DNA of 63,813 nt, filler included, from Hyphochytrium catenoides (taxonomy: Eukaryota; Protista; Hyphochytriomycota), in NCBI GenBank assembly GCA_900088475.1. It is 10 parts of 10 records of this genome, joined end to end, with 100 filler letters (N's around TTAATTAATTAA, not from the genome) between each part and the next. Parts side by side here need not be neighbours in the genome. Positions count along the whole stretch, not along the records: positions 59,559 to 61,504 come from FLMG01000826.1; positions 61,605 to 62,637 come from FLMG01002122.1; positions 62,738 to 63,813 come from FLMG01003142.1; 7 more parts are not named here. The stretch is one strand, 5' to 3'. The position numbers and the translations under genes are program-made. The notes under the pieces were generated by a model. That model had not been told where the DNA came from, made no database searches, and saw only the letters and a program-made list of their open reading frames with translations. This document shows, piece after piece, positions 59,559 through 63,813 of this stretch. Each line of letters opens with the position of its first letter. Within the stretch, counting starts at the first letter, position 1.

Positions 59559-61504
59559 GGTTATAGGAGGAAATGAAAGAAGAGTCACCAATCCTTCTCT
59601 TCCAACCCTCATTAGAGCCGTCGTATCATCAGATTCCGCTTCGTGTGGCAATGTCATTTCTTCACAGCCTGTACAGATTAAATGGGAGCAGGTTCTCAGC
59701 TATTCAGGGTAAGTTCAGAGTCGAATTATTTACGCAGAGCTACCCGTCCACCAGCTACCTAGATTGTCTACATAGATATCTTCAGGAATCTTTCTTGCTC
59801 TTCTGTTGCCAGAATGGCGTCTTTTGCCGGATCGCTTTCTCTTTGGTCACACCCTCTCACTATGATATTCTTCTAGTTCTTTGTGCATTTCTAGGGGTAC
59901 TCTCTTCTTCAACTGACATTCGGAGTTCTTTTTTCTTAGAGAGAAGGCACTTGCTCTGGTCTCTTCAACTTCCGACATGACGACAAGTCTTCTGCTGCCT
60001 GAGCATACGCTCTTAGCGGGACAGACATACCGCTTCGTACTCTCTGTCAATTATGTGGGAGAGCCAGACAAGAACACAGTGCCGGTAACTAGACCAAGCA
60101 TATCTTCCTCTGTCGAGACCATTCCTTGTGTCCGCAGACCTTTAACTTGTTTCACTCCTGTGGGCACCCTCATTACTTCGATGAATCTGTCAATCTAGAA
60201 CTATTCACCTTGCTTTCAGTTTGTTCCGTAAGTGGCCGCTGTTGGCCTTCCTACGAGCAGTTACTACATTTGAAACTGACCTTGGTCTCTTGCACGTCCC
60301 TGGGGAATTTTGGCTCACCTGCTGCAACTCTAATCATTGCTGTCCAGATCGAAGTGTCCGTGGACCCTGCTCCACTTTCTCTGGTACCTATCGGCGGTTG
60401 GAACCAAACGTTATCTTCGCTTTCTTCTGTGAACGTTGGATTAGAGAAGCTTGGCTCTGGGGCCTGGGACGGAATGGGCATCCAGAGCATCGACTGGGTT
60501 AGAATAACTCCTTTGTCCTTCCTCCAGCATAGCTACTCTGCCTCTTCTCCCTTTTGCGGCTCACTTGTATGTGGCTTGCTTTTGAGATCCATCTATTCAA
60601 CGCCTACACCTGAACAGGACGCTCCTTCTTCTTCTCTGAATGCACTTACCCAAGTCTATATGGCCACGATCTTACTGGCTCCATCCTCTTTATCATCGGC
60701 TGCTTCTTCATCGTCATCTGGTCCTTCATCATCCTCTTTCGGCGTCGCTTCTGGCTCTGACTTTGGACTGCGACCACTTTTAACAGAGTTGTAAGAGCTG
60801 CACGTCACCGCTCTGTGACAAAATTGAAGTATCCGCCACGTGCATGACTGCAAGCAATAGTCCCCTGACCCTCCCTGCTGCTTCCTCGAAGACAACACTC
60901 ATCACAATACCCGCAGGGACACTAAAGGGTAGGAGTCCTGCACTCTTCTAGTGATATATTCTTCTGGCCTCCGCTTCCTTTTCATACTATCATCATCGTT
61001 TTATCAGTTAATTACCGTCGTCGGGCTGGCCTTCCATCTTTGGCCGCCAGGATGAGCTTCCTTCCCTCGTCCTACAGTTCTAAAAGAATGCATTCATTAC
61101 TAATGTTGTGCTTAACAGACGGACATACGTACCAGTTTACCATAAACGTGACCTCCCAGTCATATTCATCTGCTTATGTAACGACGATTCAAGTTGCTAG
61201 CGAAGCCTTGCCCACCTCCATCGCGCTGCTGCACGCAGGCCTCAAGATTAACGGGTCAGTGCATCAAACAACTCTCTTTGCTAAAGAATCGAATGTGGTC
61301 TTACTACCATGCGTCTGTACCTATAATCTGGTGGATTTGCTCTCACCTCTTCTTTTTCTTTCTTTAATCTGATGGATTTGCTCTCACCTATTCTTTTTCT
61401 TTCTTTAGAGACCAGATTATTAGACTGCGTACCTCCATCGGCTGGGGGGATGGCGGAGAGCTAGAAGGCACGCAGATGGAATGGAGTGTCTACAAAGGGA
61501 AATC
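59559..61504 (+). CDS. PKD/REJ-like domain protein (internal fragment)
   Basis: Spliced exons give LLLPEHTLLAGQTYRFVLSV, IEVSVDPAPL..IGG, LITIPAGTLK|GHTYQFTINV and KING|DQIIRL...MEWSV. These resemble the repeated LxIPxxTLxxGxTYxFxLxV units of REJ modules. Confidence 0.6.
61324..61405 (+). repeat. 41-bp tandem duplication at an intron 3' end
   Basis: TAATCTGRTGGATTTGCTCTCACCTMTTCTTTTTCTTTCTT x2, followed by the TAG acceptor. Confidence 0.9.
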
Positions 61505-61604
61505 NNNNNNNNNNNNNNNNNNNNNNNNNNNNNNNNNNNNNNNNNNNNTTAATTAATTAANNNNNNNNNNNNNNNNNNNNNNNNNNNNNNNNNNNNNNNN
61601 NNNN

Positions 61605-62637
61605 TAGCAGCCATTTGTGGCTACTCTGGACGGCTTTCGCCTTCGCTGCGGCCTGCTGGATAGAAGCTAGGGTAGGGGATTCACCAGAGTCGACAGAAGA
61701 AGACTTTGTATACTGATTGGCTAATCCCAATCCATTAGTTTCAACTGAGGATAGAGCTCCTGGTGAAGAAGAAGTGGAGGATAGGAGAGCAGCTATGAGA
61801 GCACTAAGGTGCTGAGCATTGCTTTTACTGCTGGGCTCCTGTACCAACGGCAACTTGTCCAAGTGGACGCGAGACTTCCAGCCTGTTGGCCTGCTGCGAG
61901 CAGCGTTCTCCGGAAGCTCAAAACAGTCTGCGCTGTTATGTCCCTTCTTCCTGCAGATGCCGCACTGCCTGCTACCACGCCCAGGTTTCTCCTGTCTTCG
62001 CTGATCGGGGGGATCTTCTCTTTTCCTTTCCCCTGGAGCAGAAAGGGCATTCATCTCCGAAGAGGAGGGTAGAGTATGTCGAAAGTGTACAGAGCTAGAC
62101 ACTCTTCTCTGTTCATCAGCCATAATACGGCTGGTAACATCATTTGCAGCCAGAGAGGAAGTCCCTAGGACGTACAGGTGGCTCACTATAGAGCCAAAGG
62201 ACGGAGGGAGGCTTTGGAGAATTGAAGAGATCAGGATTGTCTCATAAATGTCCTGCTGGTTCTCTTTCTTCTTTCTCCTTTCGAAGATATTCTTTAGAGC
62301 CACTGTCCTCTGTTTCAGGGTGGTCAGGTGGGATCCAGAGAGGTGGTCCCTCCAGAATCAAACCTTGAGTTGGTGATCTCCTGAAGACGTCTGAGGACGT
62401 TGTCCCCTTCCTTTCCATCCATCTGCTCTTGCAGTTTGAGCCATCCCGCGTACGCTGATTCTTGCCCTTCCAGCAGCGACAGGAGCTCATCAGAGACTAG
62501 GGCCGGGGAACCAGTTTGTTGATCGTCTTCCGATCATTCTTCTTCCAGTTCTTCTTGCTTGTCTTCTCTGTGAAGTCCTTACTGGTGAGCGGGTCTTTGC
62601 CATCATCCAGCAGTGTCTGACTCTCATCCTCAAGGTC
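61605..62637 (-). mobile_element. Ty1/copia gag (to start of protease) fragment, frameshifted
   Basis: WKKNDRKTINKL / VSDELLSLL..SAYAGWLKL / ILQSLPPSFGSIVSHL (UBN2-type gag) across two frameshifts near 62500 and 62330. Zinc knuckle CGICRKKGHNSADC. It ends at KWLL, just before the expected DSGA. Confidence 0.88.
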
Positions 62638-62822
62638 NNNNNNNNNNNNNNNNNNNNNNNNNNNNNNNNNNNNNNNNNNNNTTAATTAATTAANNNNNNN
62701 NNNNNNNNNNNNNNNNNNNNNNNNNNNNNNNNNNNNNATTCTCTTGTTTTTTCAAAAGATTTTATTAAAATTTCTAAAATACTTTTTTACTTTTTTTTTT
62801 TCTTTTTTTATAGAAGAAGAAG

Positions 62823-62899
62823 GCGAGTTTTTTTTCCTTTATAGACAAAACAAAAATCAGGTTCAACATTTTTAATGGGTTCAAATCCCATGACTCGCT
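62823..62899 (+). tRNA. Organellar tRNA-like cloverleaf with aberrant anticodon arm; identity unresolved
   Basis: Acceptor stem GCGAGTT/GACTCGC; D stem TTTT/AAAA; T arm ATGGG-TTCAAAT-CCCAT; anticodon arm AAAAAT/ATTTTT with a 10-nt loop. Confidence 0.55.
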
Positions 62900-62966
62900 T
62901 CTCAAAACCAAAGAAAAACCAAAGATATCTTTGAAAATTTAACAATTACAACAACTACCTCAAACA

Positions 62967-63326
62967 ATGCCTCAATTTGATCATTTAACCTTTGCCAGTC
63001 AGCTTTTTTGGTTTTGTACTATTTTCTCCGCTTTTTTTTTAATTTTGACTTATTTATTTTCGCCTGTATTAAGTTTATATGTGAAACTATCACAAAAAAA
63101 AATAAAATCTCATTTTAATTTTTTGTTAAAACAAGTTTTAAATTTTTTATTTACGATTTCAGTATTTTTATTTCGTTCAAAAAAATTAAATGAGTTTAAA
63201 CTTTTTAAAATTTTATTTTTTTCTAGTGTATTATTTTTTAATATTAAAGAAAGTGAAACATTTGAATTTCAAAATAAGAACATCGAGATAAAGCATGAAA
63301 TTTTACTAAATCATTTAAAAAAATAA
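62967..63326 (+). CDS. atp8: Mitochondrial ATP synthase subunit 8 (organellar contig or NUMT)
   Basis: N-terminus MPQFDHLTFASQLFW, then a TM helix and a basic tail. The contig is very AT-rich and intronless. Confidence 0.85.
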   Translation: MPQFDHLTFASQLFWFCTIFSAFFLILTYLFSPVLSLYVKLSQKKIKSHFNFLLKQVLNFLFTISVFLFRSKKLNEFKLFKILFFSSVLFFNIKESETFEFQNKNIEIKHEILLNHLKK

Positions 63327-63590
63327 ATTTTGCACATTGCCGTATTTATCGATGATTTAACTTTTAAAAATGTTTCATGAAACTTAAATGATATGAGATT
63401 TTAATTTTTTTTTCCAAACAACTTTTTTAAGTATTCTTTTCTTTTATCTCTTTTTTAATTTTAAATTAAACCTTCTATTAAAGAACCAATGATAATTTGT
63501 TCTAATTTAAGTATTTTCTGGATTCCAGTCCCAGCGTTGGTCAATAGATGGCAAAGATATCGTTGAATTCCTTTTTCTAAAAAAACTCGC

Positions 63591-63813
63591 ATGTTTTTTA
63601 AAGTAATAAAACAACTTATTTTTTCAAATAAGTTTAAAATATTTCTTCTTTTAAATGTAATTAACATAATTTGTGTCTTGGTTCTATTCAATGATATAAC
63701 GAGCATTTTCGAAAAACTTCAAAACTTTTTTGAAAAAAATCAAGAGACTCCGACAGGATCGGAAGTTTTAGAAGAAACTGTTCAAACAGCTGAAATAAAT
63801 GAAACAAATGAAA
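63591..63813 (+). CDS. Partial unidentified organellar ORF (runs off the window)
   Basis: ATG at 63591, open to the end: MFFKVIKQLIFSNKFKIFLLLNVINIICVLVLFNDITSIFEKLQNFFEKNQETPTGSEVLEETVQ... Same strand as atp8. Confidence 0.45.
   Translation, partial: MFFKVIKQLIFSNKFKIFLLLNVINIICVLVLFNDITSIFEKLQNFFEKNQETPTGSEVLEETVQTAEINETNE

Noticed and set aside
19863-62737. Nine regularly recurring TTAATTAATTAA palindromes flanked by N runs
   Set aside because: These are artificial contig linkers, so adjacency across them (e.g. LTR next to gag, or atp8 next to nuclear genes) has no biological meaning.
63461-63706. Minus-strand 81-aa ORF in the AT-rich contig
   Set aside because: Probably the antisense shadow of the more protein-like plus-strand ORF.

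Overview
This is not one contiguous locus. It is ten draft-assembly contigs from an intron-rich microbial eukaryote, joined by artificial 100-bp N44-TTAATTAATTAA-N44 linkers: A 1-19862, B 19963-45587, C 45688-48361, D 48462-52889, E 52990-56817, F 56918-58090, G 58191-59458, H 59559-61504, I 61605-62637, J 62738-63813. Most ORF-track entries are (GA/CT)n microsatellite artefacts, so I rebuilt the genes by splicing exons by hand. Nuclear genes (standard code): a DUF4211/CCDC82-like protein, a MAP kinase kinase, an ELMO-domain + auxilin-type J-domain fusion, NHP2, a heme-motif cystathionine beta-synthase, a transmembrane-ankyrin-TIR-TIR protein, an orphan membrane protein and an F-box/SNF2/RING helicase. 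Fragments of an LRR protein, a fatty-acid elongase and a REJ-like protein are also present. Other elements: tRNA-His x2 (one truncated), tRNA-Arg x2, Ty1/copia LTR and gag fragments, and an AT-rich mitochondrion-like contig with atp8. The strongest leads are (1) two AT-AC U12-type (minor spliceosome) introns in unrelated genes, (2) a membrane-anchored Ank-TIR(E)-TIR(Q) candidate signalling/immune NADase, and (3) a predicted myristoylated ELMOD-GAP/auxilin fusion. All family calls come from motif recognition; no database searches were run.
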